60,305 bases of DNA from a virus (IMGVR_UViG_3300044825_003095:1-60305); one strand, 5' to 3'; positions 1 to 8,120 are shown, counted from the first letter of the stretch. The notes: generated by a model not told the origin, from the letters alone. A program made the numbers and translations.

Positions 1-125
1 GCAGTGCGAGCAGTCCGAGCACTCCGAGCAGCCCGAGCAGCCCGAGCAGCCCGAGCAGCGCGAGCAGCGCGAGCAGTCCGAGCAGCGCGAGCAGCGCGAG
101 CAGTCCGAGCAGCCCGAGCAGCCCG
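1..125. repeat. Terminal direct overlap, identical to 60181-60305 (circular assembly junction)
   Basis: Base-by-base identity of 1-125 with 60181-60305. It lies inside a 9-nt tandem repeat, so copy number across the join is uncertain. Confidence 0.85.
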
Positions 126-309
126 AGCAGCCCGAGCAGCCCGAGCAGCGCGAGCAGCGCGAGCAGTCCGAGCAGCGCGAGCAGCGCGAGCAGTCCGAGC
201 AGCCCGAGCAGCCCGTCAGGCCGTCGAGCGCCCGCTGTGCGGCTTCCTTCGTGCCCCAGTATTCAACGGAGCACTTGTTGCCATTGGCATCTTTGATCCA
301 TGTAGTCAT
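1..309 (-). CDS. 5' part of Cys-Ser-X repeat protein (continues at 60180-59629)
   Basis: SD GAAGGAGG then ATG at 309: MTTWIKDANGNKCSVEYWGTKEAAQRALDGLTG followed by CSG/CSD/CSR repeats. Not in the ORF track because it spans the origin. Confidence 0.85.
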   Translation of the reverse strand, partial: MTTWIKDANGNKCSVEYWGTKEAAQRALDGLTGCSGCSDCSRCSRCSDCSRCSRCSGCSGCSGCSGCSDCSRCSRCSDCSRCSRCSGCSGCSGCSECSDCSHC

Positions 310-473
310 TGCATTGTCCTCCTTCAAACCCCCGCCGCACCTTCCGGCTTGGCGGGGATGATGTGCGGGCCGGAATTGGCTCACCGGCTAGGGCTTTCGT
401 TACTGATAACATCGCCAGATTACTGCCCGATGCGATGCTTGCGTGTCACTGTCCACGCCGCCGCACGTCGAAA

Positions 474-977
474 TCAATCCATCACGAACTCGCACACGTC
501 GCCGAACGTGAGCGGTGGCTTCGGCTTGCACGGCTTCTGACAGTTCCACACGCACGCCTGCGACGGTCCGACCAGCGCCACCCAGCACACCTTGCCCGGA
601 CAGTTCGCCTGCGCCTGCGCGACGCATGCGTTGTAAGCGCCGGGTCCGTTGGCCATGGCCATGATGAACTCACCGATGTCCTCGCCAGCGAGCCAGATCG
701 GGTAGCGGTCGATCGGTGCCAGCGTGGCGTTCTCGTACTCGATCACCCAGCCGTCTCGGTCGATGGCCAGGTCGACGACGACCAGCTCGGGCGGCAGCTC
801 GTCGGCGAACACGATGCCGTCGATGGTCACGTCGGGCGGGAGCGTGTCGAGCAGCGCCGCGACTCGCTCGGCGCGGGTCGGAGGATGCTGGTCGGCGATT
901 GGCGCCGTTCCGGCGCCGACGATTGCGGTGGCGGTCGCACAAACCGCCGCGATCAGAAAGGGCAGTGCATTGCGCAG
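474..977 (-). CDS. Putative secreted Cys-rich protein, start uncertain
   Basis: Frame is open upstream of the listed GTG with signal-like LPFLIAAVCATATAIVGAG. C-terminal CVAQAQANCPGKVC...CVWNCQKP motif. Confidence 0.6.
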   Translation of the reverse strand: MRNALPFLIAAVCATATAIVGAGTAPIADQHPPTRAERVAALLDTLPPDVTIDGIVFADELPPELVVVDLAIDRDGWVIEYENATLAPIDRYPIWLAGEDIGEFIMAMANGPGAYNACVAQAQANCPGKVCWVALVGPSQACVWNCQKPCKPKPPLTFGDVCEFVMD

Positions 978-1017
978 TCTCCTTGTGTGCTCCGGCTACG
1001 GGCCGGATTCGGTTGAA

Positions 1018-1090
1018 CACCCGGCGCGGGAGTCGAACCCGCGTCCTGCGCGTTAGGACCGCGCCGCTCCATCCACTGAGCCAGCCGGGC
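1018..1090 (-). tRNA. tRNA-Arg(CCU)
   Basis: Cloverleaf GCCCGGC-TG-GCTC AGTGGATG GAGC-G-GCGCG GTCCTAA CGCGC-AGGAC-GCGGG TTCGACT CCCGC-GCCGGGT-G. A20 Arg identity element present; no encoded CCA. Confidence 0.9.
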
Positions 1091-1099
1091 AACTATGGG

Positions 1100-1128
1100 A
1101 TATTATCGACCGGACGATCCGCTGTCAA
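1100..1128 (-). promoter_or_regulatory. Sigma70-type promoter for the tRNA
   Basis: TTGACA-17 nt-TAATAT ending 9 nt upstream of the tRNA. Confidence 0.75.
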
Positions 1129-1341
1129 CGCCCGGCGCCGCGGCTTGGACGGCCTTTCGACGCACGCCTCGACCGCCTTCGCCCAGGCCCTCGCCGCGTC
1201 GGCCGCGTTGCGCAGGTTCGTGCGCCGCATGGCCTCGTCCCCGTCCTTGGCGCAGCGGTGCGCGCAGATCAGGAACTCGAGGACGCGCACGTGCATGCCC
1301 TGGCATCGGCGCACGGCCTTGGAGTCGGCGTATCTCATCGC

Positions 1342-1713
1342 TCACGCCTCCCCTGTCGAGCACCGTCCGACGCAGGCGTGGAACCCGGACACCCTTCGCG
1401 GCCTCGGCCGGAGAATCTCCGGGACGAGTCGTCGGACCCACGCGGGTGCGCGCATCCACCATCGCGGGTATGCGAGGCATGTGGTGTAGATCACGTCGCC
1501 CACCTGATGCATCGGGTCCGGCATGCATCCGGACGCCTTCGCACGGAATTCCTCAATGGCCTTCATGAGCGCCGCCTCGTACTGCTCCGGCGTCATGCCA
1601 TCGGACGCGATGTGGTCGCTGATCGGCTCGCGGCGCAGCGCGTCCAGCTCCTCGCGCGTGCCGATGAACAGCATGCCGTGGACCAAGCCGACCTCCCGTT
1701 CGCCTTTGCTCAT
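1342..1713 (-). CDS. Hypothetical protein
   Basis: MSKGEREVGLVHG..., coupled to upstream gene by ATGA overlap. Confidence 0.6.
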   Translation of the reverse strand: MSKGEREVGLVHGMLFIGTREELDALRREPISDHIASDGMTPEQYEAALMKAIEEFRAKASGCMPDPMHQVGDVIYTTCLAYPRWWMRAPAWVRRLVPEILRPRPRRVSGFHACVGRCSTGEA

Positions 1714-2048
1714 GGCTTCTCCCCTGCGGCGGCGAGGGCGGAGCGGGCGGCGGTGTCGAGCCACGCCGAAATCTCGCGCAACTTGTTGGCCATCTGGTCC
1801 GTCGTCATGTCTTCGATGAACGGCAGCGCCGGGAACGATCGCAGCGCCTCCACGAGCTTCGCGTGGCCGTTGCAGGCGGCGACGATGAAGGCGGCGTTGG
1901 CCGAGGCGTTCTTGAAGTCCTCTTCGGTCTTGCTCCAGAACTGGCACACCCATTCACCAGCAGCATCGACCACGACGCCGCTTGGCTCGTTGTGCGCCCA
2001 CGGCAGCGGGCTGTGCGTCGCGGGCGGGGGATTGGCGGGGGTGGTCAT
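1710..2048 (-). CDS. Phage hypothetical protein (HxPxPW...ANAxxI family)
   Basis: HSPLPW...ANAAFIVAACN...LVEAL resembles a common phage early family. Confidence 0.7.
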   Translation of the reverse strand: MTTPANPPPATHSPLPWAHNEPSGVVVDAAGEWVCQFWSKTEEDFKNASANAAFIVAACNGHAKLVEALRSFPALPFIEDMTTDQMANKLREISAWLDTAARSALAAAGEKP

Positions 2049-2260
2049 GGGGTGATCTCGTGGTAGTGCGGCGTCACGCCGTAATCGGAAGCGTCCTTGG
2101 TTTCCTGCACCATGAAGGTGCAGCAGCTTCCGTCATCGAAGGTGAACGCAACGGCGTGCGCTGGGCCGGTTCCACTGCTCACGCGGCCCCACGGACGAAG
2201 ATCAACGGACTTGATCCGCTTTCCTCGCATCGCCTTCGCGGCCTTGCTTCCAGTCAGCAT
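2045..2260 (-). CDS. Small early hypothetical protein
   Basis: SD CAGGAGA then ATG, MLTGSKAAK... Confidence 0.7.
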   Translation of the reverse strand: MLTGSKAAKAMRGKRIKSVDLRPWGRVSSGTGPAHAVAFTFDDGSCCTFMVQETKDASDYGVTPHYHEITP

Positions 2261-2341
2261 CGTGTCTCCTGTTTGCGTGGCTCTCCGCGCGCCCGCGCCC
2301 CGAATCACCGGGGCAGGGGCGGGCGGAGTGGCCCGCGTGGG

Positions 2342-2614
2342 TCATTCGATGTGCCAGTTGTCGGCCTCTTCCATGCTCCACGGCTCGATCCACACCTTCG
2401 CGGGCGGCTTGTCCTCGCCGTCGATGAACACTTCGCAATACTGGTTCAGCGCGCCGACGACGGCTTCCATGGCGCGCTCGATGTCGGCCTCGCCGATCTC
2501 CTGCGGCGCTCCGTCGGGGTTGGCGGCGTGTTCTGGAAGCTCGACGCTGATGGAGAGTCCACCGGCCTCGTAGATGAGGCGGGGAACGGCGACGTTCTTC
2601 TTGGGGGTGGTCAT
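2342..2614 (-). CDS. Small acidic early hypothetical protein
   Basis: ORF fits the gene string with typical codon usage. Confidence 0.7.
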   Translation of the reverse strand: MTTPKKNVAVPRLIYEAGGLSISVELPEHAANPDGAPQEIGEADIERAMEAVVGALNQYCEVFIDGEDKPPAKVWIEPWSMEEADNWHIE

Positions 2615-2670
2615 GTGGGTCGATTCGGGAGGGCGTCACAAGGTGTGTGGGATTGTCACAAATGGTGTGG

Positions 2671-3012
2671 TCAATCGTCGGTGAGCTTCCGCGCGATGCT
2701 GCGGTGGGATTCCAGCCACGCGAGCGCCGCGTCCTCGTCCACCGACACCTCGAATCCGATCGTCTCTCGCGTCGGGACATTGACGGCCTCGATGTACTGG
2801 AACAGCCGGCGAAGCTCGTCGTTGGATTCCGCAAGGTCGAGCGCGACCTGATCCGATCCGTAGTCGCCACGCCAGCCGCATGCGTCGAGCGCCCGGAGCT
2901 TGGCAAGGTCTGCGGTGCGCAGCCATTCGGCCGCGTCGAAGTCCACGGACACTGCGCGATCGTCGGTCCACGCCCGCGCGGGGACATCGAATTCAGTTGT
3001 CGTCTTGCTCAT
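2671..3012 (-). CDS. Early hypothetical protein, paralog of 4763-5095
   Basis: SD GGAGGAGA. Shares TDD..FDAA..L.TA..GW.G..EV..D.D.A.AWL...R pattern with its paralog. Confidence 0.8.
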   Translation of the reverse strand: MSKTTTEFDVPARAWTDDRAVSVDFDAAEWLRTADLAKLRALDACGWRGDYGSDQVALDLAESNDELRRLFQYIEAVNVPTRETIGFEVSVDEDAALAWLESHRSIARKLTDD

Positions 3013-3049
3013 CGTCTCGTCTCCTCCCGGCCGGGCCGGGGGTGAGGTG

Positions 3050-3376
3050 TTAGTCAATCGAAGCGAGAACGTCGCGCGCCTCGGTCTGGGCGTCGCTGAA
3101 ACAAACGGCGGTCAATGGCGGGATGTCGCTGGACAACCCGAACGAATGAATCGCCTCGGCATTGGCCAAGAGGTTGCGCAGCGCGTTGGCGAGCCGTTCG
3201 TGGTTGTTGTATCGCGTCGCCATGTTGGACGCGAACAGCTCTCGCTCGGCGTGCGTGCCGTGCGCCGGGATGTTCGCCACCGTGTCATGGTTGGCGTCCA
3301 CGATGCGCGGCCCCATGCCGACGTGACCGGCGACCTTGGATAATGGAAGCGTTGCGAAAGTTGTTGTGTCTGGCAT
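3050..3376 (-). CDS. Early hypothetical protein
   Basis: SD CAGGAGA, MPDTTTFATLP... Confidence 0.7.
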   Translation of the reverse strand: MPDTTTFATLPLSKVAGHVGMGPRIVDANHDTVANIPAHGTHAERELFASNMATRYNNHERLANALRNLLANAEAIHSFGLSSDIPPLTAVCFSDAQTEARDVLASID

Positions 3377-3449
3377 GGTCGAATCTCCTGTAGGAATCCG
3401 CCCTCGGGGCCGTTGGGCCGCGCGGCGGGTGGGGTCAACGCTGCGCAAG

Positions 3450-3749
3450 TCATGCGAACAATGCCCGCAGCGCCTTTGCCTCTTTGGCCATGTCCTCGCG
3501 GGCCAGTTCCTTCGCCCACACCTTGCCACCAGCGGTGACGATGGTGAGGTACACGGGGCGTCCAAGGTCGTCGTCTCGGATCGGCTCGGATACGGCGAAT
3601 CCGCCAGCGAAGAGAACTGGCGGCAACACGTTGAGGCAGTAGTCCGCCTCTTCGGGCTTCGCGCGCACCCATGCGGGAGAGTGCTTGGCGCGATCCCAAA
3701 CCCATCCTTCGGGCTCGGCGTCGATGATGGTTGCGGTTGTCGTGGTCAT
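3450..3749 (-). CDS. Early hypothetical protein
   Basis: MTTTTATIIDAEPEGW...YCLNVLPP...FAVSEP, a phage-like motif. Confidence 0.7.
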   Translation of the reverse strand: MTTTTATIIDAEPEGWVWDRAKHSPAWVRAKPEEADYCLNVLPPVLFAGGFAVSEPIRDDDLGRPVYLTIVTAGGKVWAKELAREDMAKEAKALRALFA

Positions 3750-4069
3750 GCGATTCCTTCGGAAAGGTTGAGGGCTTGCCTTGCGCGCAGGATCGCGCGG
3801 CATCGTTCATCGTCGCCAAGCGGCACCCCATGGCGCTCGTGATCCTTGCGGACCATCGTGCCGTTGCCGATGTAATCGCCTAGAAGCGACATCCAGGGCA
3901 ACAACTCGCGGACGGCGTCCCGCAGGTCGAGCGCGGCGGAAATGATCTGCGCTTCGTCGCGCCGCCATGCCTTTGCCAACAGCCGATTGTCCCGCCGATT
4001 GCGGATGAGGTAGAACTCTGGATCATCGACCGCGCCGAAGCGCTGGACGATTGGCGTTGTCGTGGTCAT
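3746..4069 (-). CDS. Early hypothetical protein
   Basis: MTTTTPIVQRF..., ATGA-coupled on both sides. Confidence 0.65.
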   Translation of the reverse strand: MTTTTPIVQRFGAVDDPEFYLIRNRRDNRLLAKAWRRDEAQIISAALDLRDAVRELLPWMSLLGDYIGNGTMVRKDHERHGVPLGDDERCRAILRARQALNLSEGIA

Positions 4070-4467
4070 GGCGCGATCTCCGCGAGCATGGCGGCGCGGT
4101 CCTGCACGTAGGTCGTGAGCGTGCCGTCGGCGTCCAGAGTCTTGAACTCGAATCCCTCGCGGTAGAAGTCGCACAGCCGCTTGACGGCCGCGACCATCGA
4201 CGGCACATCCTCGGCGACCTCCAGCGTCCAATCGCCTTCGCAGTACGTGAGCACGAAACGCTGCGACACCGAGTGCCAGACTCCGAAGCAGTGCGCATCC
4301 TGGTCGGTGTCGAACTGCTTCCATCCTCCGCTCTTGAAGTCCGGCGCGAAGTCGATGGTGTAGCGCTCGCTCGGAAGGAACATGCGGTGAAGCACGGTGC
4401 CGCCCTTGCTCTCGCCCTTGGGATCGTTCAACAGCGCGTCCACGTACTGCTTGATCGTTCTGGCCAT
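4066..4467 (-). CDS. Early hypothetical protein
   Basis: SD GGAGGA; ERY.IDF...GWKQFDTDQDA..FGVW...YCEGD motif. Confidence 0.75.
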   Translation of the reverse strand: MARTIKQYVDALLNDPKGESKGGTVLHRMFLPSERYTIDFAPDFKSGGWKQFDTDQDAHCFGVWHSVSQRFVLTYCEGDWTLEVAEDVPSMVAAVKRLCDFYREGFEFKTLDADGTLTTYVQDRAAMLAEIAP

Positions 4468-4539
4468 CGTCGTATCCTCCATGCGGGCGGCATGCCCGCG
4501 AATCCGCCCCCGGCGCATTCCTGCGGCGGGGTGGGGTGG

Positions 4540-4725
4540 TCAAGCTCCGGTCTTGGCCATTTTGAGCATGCTTTCAAGCTCGTAACACTTGGCGTTAGCC
4601 CGATACGACTCCGGGGAGTGTCCGCCGTTGAAGCACGAACATCGCTTGATTCCGCGTTCCTTCATCGACTGGCGAAGCTCCCGAAGCTCGGCGCGGATGT
4701 GCTTGACGTTGCTGCTGGTTTCCAT
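4540..4725 (-). CDS. Small basic early protein
   Basis: SD TAGGAGA, METSSNVK... Confidence 0.65.
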   Translation of the reverse strand: METSSNVKHIRAELRELRQSMKERGIKRCSCFNGGHSPESYRANAKCYELESMLKMAKTGA

Positions 4726-4762
4726 GTCTCGTCTCCTACCGGCCGGGCCGGGGGTGGGTGGG

Positions 4763-5095
4763 TCAGTGAGTCGATTCGTCCATCGCGGCGATGTCGGGCC
4801 GGTTGGCGGCAAGCCACGCTTCAGCCTCGTCGGGGTCGATCGTCACCTCGTAACAGGGGGCGTCGATCACGCGGAATGCTCCGATCCATTCGTGCAGCAC
4901 CTCAAGATCGGCGAAGAACTTGGTGATTTCCTCGCTAGTCTGCTCGGACCCGATCGCGTCGGCCTCCGAGCAGCCGGTCCACCCCTCCTCGCGGAGAGTG
5001 TCGATCGTTCCCTGAGTCGCGGTCATCAGGTGCGGCGCGGCGTCGAATTCGATGGACTTCACGCCCCAGTCGTCGGTGAGAGTTGCTTTCAGCAT
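4763..5095 (-). CDS. Early hypothetical protein, paralog of 2671-3012
   Basis: SD GGGAGA; alignable by eye with 2671-3012. Confidence 0.75.
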   Translation of the reverse strand: MLKATLTDDWGVKSIEFDAAPHLMTATQGTIDTLREEGWTGCSEADAIGSEQTSEEITKFFADLEVLHEWIGAFRVIDAPCYEVTIDPDEAEAWLAANRPDIAAMDESTH

Positions 5096-5197
5096 GGTCG
5101 AATCTCCCAGCGAACGACCTTCGGGGCTTCCTTGGTGGTTGTCATTGGTCGTGTCTCCTCAATCCGCCCCCGTCGCATTCCTGCGGCGGGGTGGGGG

Positions 5198-5458
5198 TCA
5201 GCGAATGTTCCATACCGGCTTCGACTGCGCCGCCTCGGCTGCGGCCAGCGATCGCTGGTGCCTGCGCGATTCGGCCGCGAGGCGGTTGGCCGCTTCCAGC
5301 GTCGCCATGCCATCCCGCACGACGCGCCCGGATCGCCGCGCGAACACGGCGAAGCGGCCATCCGACGTGGCGACGACTTCCGCAAGCGGTTGAACGCATC
5401 CAGGCCTGATCGGCGATGCAAGGCATTCGGAAAGCACCTGCGATTGCGTGAGTGTCAT
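5198..5458 (-). CDS. Early hypothetical protein
   Basis: SD CAGGAGA, MTLTQSQVL... Confidence 0.6.
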   Translation of the reverse strand: MTLTQSQVLSECLASPIRPGCVQPLAEVVATSDGRFAVFARRSGRVVRDGMATLEAANRLAAESRRHQRSLAAAEAAQSKPVWNIR

Positions 5459-5484
5459 GGTGTCTCCTGTTGGCCGGGAAGGGG

Positions 5485-5730
5485 TCAGGCGGGCGTTGCC
5501 AGCGCGGCGAAGCTCCACGCCTCGCCGAGGTCGTGCGGCCTGTCCTTCCTGACGGCGTGAAGTCCCGACTTCCCGTAGTCGCCCTCGCCGTACTCGCCGC
5601 AGCTCTCGGGATCGGAGTTGCCCTCGCGCACGATGCGCTTCGCATCCTCCGCCGACGCGGCCTCGACCTCGTGCTCGAACTTCTCCCACACGATGTACTC
5701 CTGCACTTCGTAGACGGTGAACTTCGGCAT
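5485..5730 (-). CDS. Small acidic early protein
   Basis: EVEAASAEDA motif common in phage early proteins. Confidence 0.7.
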   Translation of the reverse strand: MPKFTVYEVQEYIVWEKFEHEVEAASAEDAKRIVREGNSDPESCGEYGEGDYGKSGLHAVRKDRPHDLGEAWSFAALATPA

Positions 5731-5742
5731 GGGTTGCTCCGG

Positions 5743-6018
5743 TCAATTGACGTCGATCTTGCCTGCGTCGTTGACGAACAGCGTCACGTCCCCGAAGCGC
5801 CGCGCCGCGGCTTGTAGCAGGTCGCACACCCGGCGTGGCCAGATTTCCGTTCGGTCGAAGAACCCGGCACCATGTCCGTTGCGGGACAGCCAGAAGCAGT
5901 TCGCCGCCTCGTCCTCGAGATCGCCGATCCATCGCGCGTTCGTGTGCTTGAACAGGTGCCAGTCGGCGAGCAGCGAACGCGCGGCCTCGTCGTCGGAGGT
6001 CAGTTGGTCGAGGTTCAT
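5743..6018 (-). CDS. Conserved phage early protein (FWLxRNGHGAGFxDR family)
   Basis: Motif FWLSRNGHGAGFFDR. Confidence 0.75.
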   Translation of the reverse strand: MNLDQLTSDDEAARSLLADWHLFKHTNARWIGDLEDEAANCFWLSRNGHGAGFFDRTEIWPRRVCDLLQAAARRFGDVTLFVNDAGKIDVN

Positions 6019-6461
6019 CGCTCCGCCAGCCTTTCCGCCAAGGTGTCTCCATCGTCCAGAACGCTCCGCAGGGGTTCGGGGATGGCCCCCTGCGGCTGTC
6101 CGCCGAGCAGGACGGACTTCGCACGTCGCCAGATGTAGAAGCGGCAGGCGTCGTCGTGGCGGCGCTGCGTGTTGCCGCCGCCTTGCAGCAGCGTCTCCCA
6201 CGAATCCAGCACGTCGGTAGGCGCCTTCGCGTCGAGCAGCTTCCCGGCCACGTAGTCACGCCCGTCCCCGGTCAACACCTGGCCCTCGATCAGCGCCTTG
6301 CACTCGGCGCAGTGCGCCGGGGAATCGACCTCGAACCCGCAGAACACGGCCTCGCCCCACATGCCCTTTCGATGGGCGGCGGGTCCGGTGTCGTCGCCGC
6401 AGTCGCAGCAGAGCATGTCACCGTCGTTCGTCGTGTACCCAACAACAGTCATGCTGTTCAT
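6015..6461 (-). CDS. Putative Zn-binding early protein
   Basis: CCDC ... CAEC pairs; SD GGAGGA. Confidence 0.7.
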   Translation of the reverse strand: MNSMTVVGYTTNDGDMLCCDCGDDTGPAAHRKGMWGEAVFCGFEVDSPAHCAECKALIEGQVLTGDGRDYVAGKLLDAKAPTDVLDSWETLLQGGGNTQRRHDDACRFYIWRRAKSVLLGGQPQGAIPEPLRSVLDDGDTLAERLAER

Positions 6462-6502
6462 CGCGTCCTCCGTTGTTAGTCAACTAACGGCCTCGTGACA
6501 CA

Positions 6503-7087
6503 TCAGTCGTTGCCGCTGGCGCTGGACTCGGCCAGCTCCTCGAGTCGCGCGGCCTCCCGCTCCGCCTCTTCTTCGGCCTCCCGTTCCTCCCGCTCGTCGT
6601 CCGCCGCGATCCTCGCCGACTCCCCGGCGGCGATCGCCGCGTCCTCCTCCGAGCCGTGGACGGCGCCGCAGTCGATCCATCCGCCGCCGAAGGCGAACGT
6701 CCCCTTCGACATGCTCTGGATCTCGCCCCACTCGACGCCGGCCAGCCACCCGCGGCCGTGCGGCAGTGACGCGACGACGCCGCGGTACACGGTGAACCCG
6801 TGCTCGTCGGCCCAATGTTCGCATCGCTCGGCGCACAACCGACGGCCGGCGCCTTGCAGCACGTACTCGGCGCGTCGCACGCGCAGGTCGGGGCGGCAGC
6901 GCTCCGCGGACGGCCCGCCGATCCCGCCGCCGTAGTGGAGCTTCGCCCCGCGTTCGTCGCGCACCATCGTGTGCTCGTCGACGCACTTGAACCAGTTCGG
7001 CGGCAGCGGGCCGTCGGCGGGGCACGAGCCACGATGCGGATACGCCCGCCACGCGGCGAGCCGGTCCCTCGATCTCATGGTGTACAT
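6503..7087 (-). CDS. Early hypothetical protein with acidic C-terminus
   Basis: SD GGAG; HGFTVYRGVVASLPHGRGWLAG motif. Confidence 0.7.
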   Translation of the reverse strand: MYTMRSRDRLAAWRAYPHRGSCPADGPLPPNWFKCVDEHTMVRDERGAKLHYGGGIGGPSAERCRPDLRVRRAEYVLQGAGRRLCAERCEHWADEHGFTVYRGVVASLPHGRGWLAGVEWGEIQSMSKGTFAFGGGWIDCGAVHGSEEDAAIAAGESARIAADDEREEREAEEEAEREAARLEELAESSASGND

Positions 7088-7108
7088 GGTCGCTCCGTTG
7101 TTAGTGAA

Positions 7109-7624
7109 CTAACACTTCCCGACGGCCCTGGCGCAGGCGCCGGCCCAGCGCTCGCCGAACGCCTGCGCCATGAGCCGGTTGATCGATTCGAGCACGTCGT
7201 CGGAGAAGAAGTCCTCCGCCTCGCGCTCGACGCACCACGCGATCTTGTCGATGTCGTCCGCGGGGTCGTAGTTGGCCGTCGCCGGGTCGACGAGCGCCGC
7301 GTTGTCCTCGACGATCTTCTCGAACGCGAGGGCACACTCGTCGGCGCGCGGCGGTCGCCCATGATCCCGAAGATGCCCGCGCAGCCAGGCGGCGGCGCTT
7401 GTCAGCACGTCGTACCACGACTCCAGATGCCGGTTGTTGCCGACCGACGCGCAGACTTCGTAATGCAGCGACGCCCCGATCTCGCAGATCATGCCGACGT
7501 AGCAATCCCACGTCGGCTCGTGCAGCCCGATCACCGCGTAGTCGACGGTCTTGCCAACGTCGGGGTCGGCGAACCACTCGGCCACGAAGTCGGCGATAGC
7601 CTTGGTCTGGTTGTCGATTGTCAT
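7109..7624 (-). CDS. Acidic early hypothetical protein
   Basis: SD AAGGAA, MTIDNQTKAIADF... Confidence 0.7.
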   Translation of the reverse strand: MTIDNQTKAIADFVAEWFADPDVGKTVDYAVIGLHEPTWDCYVGMICEIGASLHYEVCASVGNNRHLESWYDVLTSAAAWLRGHLRDHGRPPRADECALAFEKIVEDNAALVDPATANYDPADDIDKIAWCVEREAEDFFSDDVLESINRLMAQAFGERWAGACARAVGKC

Positions 7625-7827
7625 TGTGTCGTTCCTTGGGGGTTCGTTGGCGGATCGAAGCGCGTGGCCGGACCCGTGCCGGACCAAGAGCGCTCGGTGT
7701 GCGCCTCGCGCCATCGTTCCGAGTTCCAGTTGCCGGATGTATCCGAGAACACGGCCCACGGAACCTTGAAGTACGCCGCGTTGGCGCGTGCGTTGGCGGC
7801 GGCCCCATCGAATGTTCTGTGCCTCAT
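7621..7827 (-). CDS. Small early protein
   Basis: MRHRTFDGAAANARANAAYFKVPW..., coupled by ATGA overlaps. Confidence 0.55.
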   Translation of the reverse strand: MRHRTFDGAAANARANAAYFKVPWAVFSDTSGNWNSERWREAHTERSWSGTGPATRFDPPTNPQGTTQ

Positions 7828-8120
7828 CGCGTGGCCCCTTCGGACATGATCCGGGCGACGATGCGCTCGGCGATTTCGGCCGCGGGCCACGTTGTCACAA
7901 GCCGGTTGGCTCGCTTCGCGGCCTTGTGCCTGGCGGGGTTGCCCGCGCACCAGCCGCGCATTTCCTTGTCGTTCGCGGCGTTGTGCAGGCAGCAGCCGCA
8001 TCGTGGTATTCCGACCGATACGGCCAGCTTCCATCCGCGATCGTTCCGCATGGCGTCGCATCGCCCGGCGCGCTCCAAGATCTCGCGGCATCGGGCCATC
8101 CGAAGTGCGTGAAAGTCCAT
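7824..8120 (-). CDS. Small Cys-containing early protein
   Basis: SD GAGGA; RCGCCLH. Confidence 0.6.
   Translation of the reverse strand: MDFHALRMARCREILERAGRCDAMRNDRGWKLAVSVGIPRCGCCLHNAANDKEMRGWCAGNPARHKAAKRANRLVTTWPAAEIAERIVARIMSEGATR

Noticed and set aside
385-430. Hammerhead-like CTGGCGA...GAAA
   Set aside because: Core deviates from CUGANGA and there is no correctly placed UH cleavage site.
465-473. Exact match to array spacer TTTCGACGT
   Set aside because: Partner spacer is not adjacent, and a lone 9-mer is expected by chance. The 8/9 match of TTGTTGACT to the early palindromes was rejected likewise.
4-540. RAA-repeat ORF (and LLA-repeat N-terminus of 59177-60202)
   Set aside because: Alternative frames of the 9-nt repeat. 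Only the CSx frame has an SD/ATG and joins a recognisable domain.
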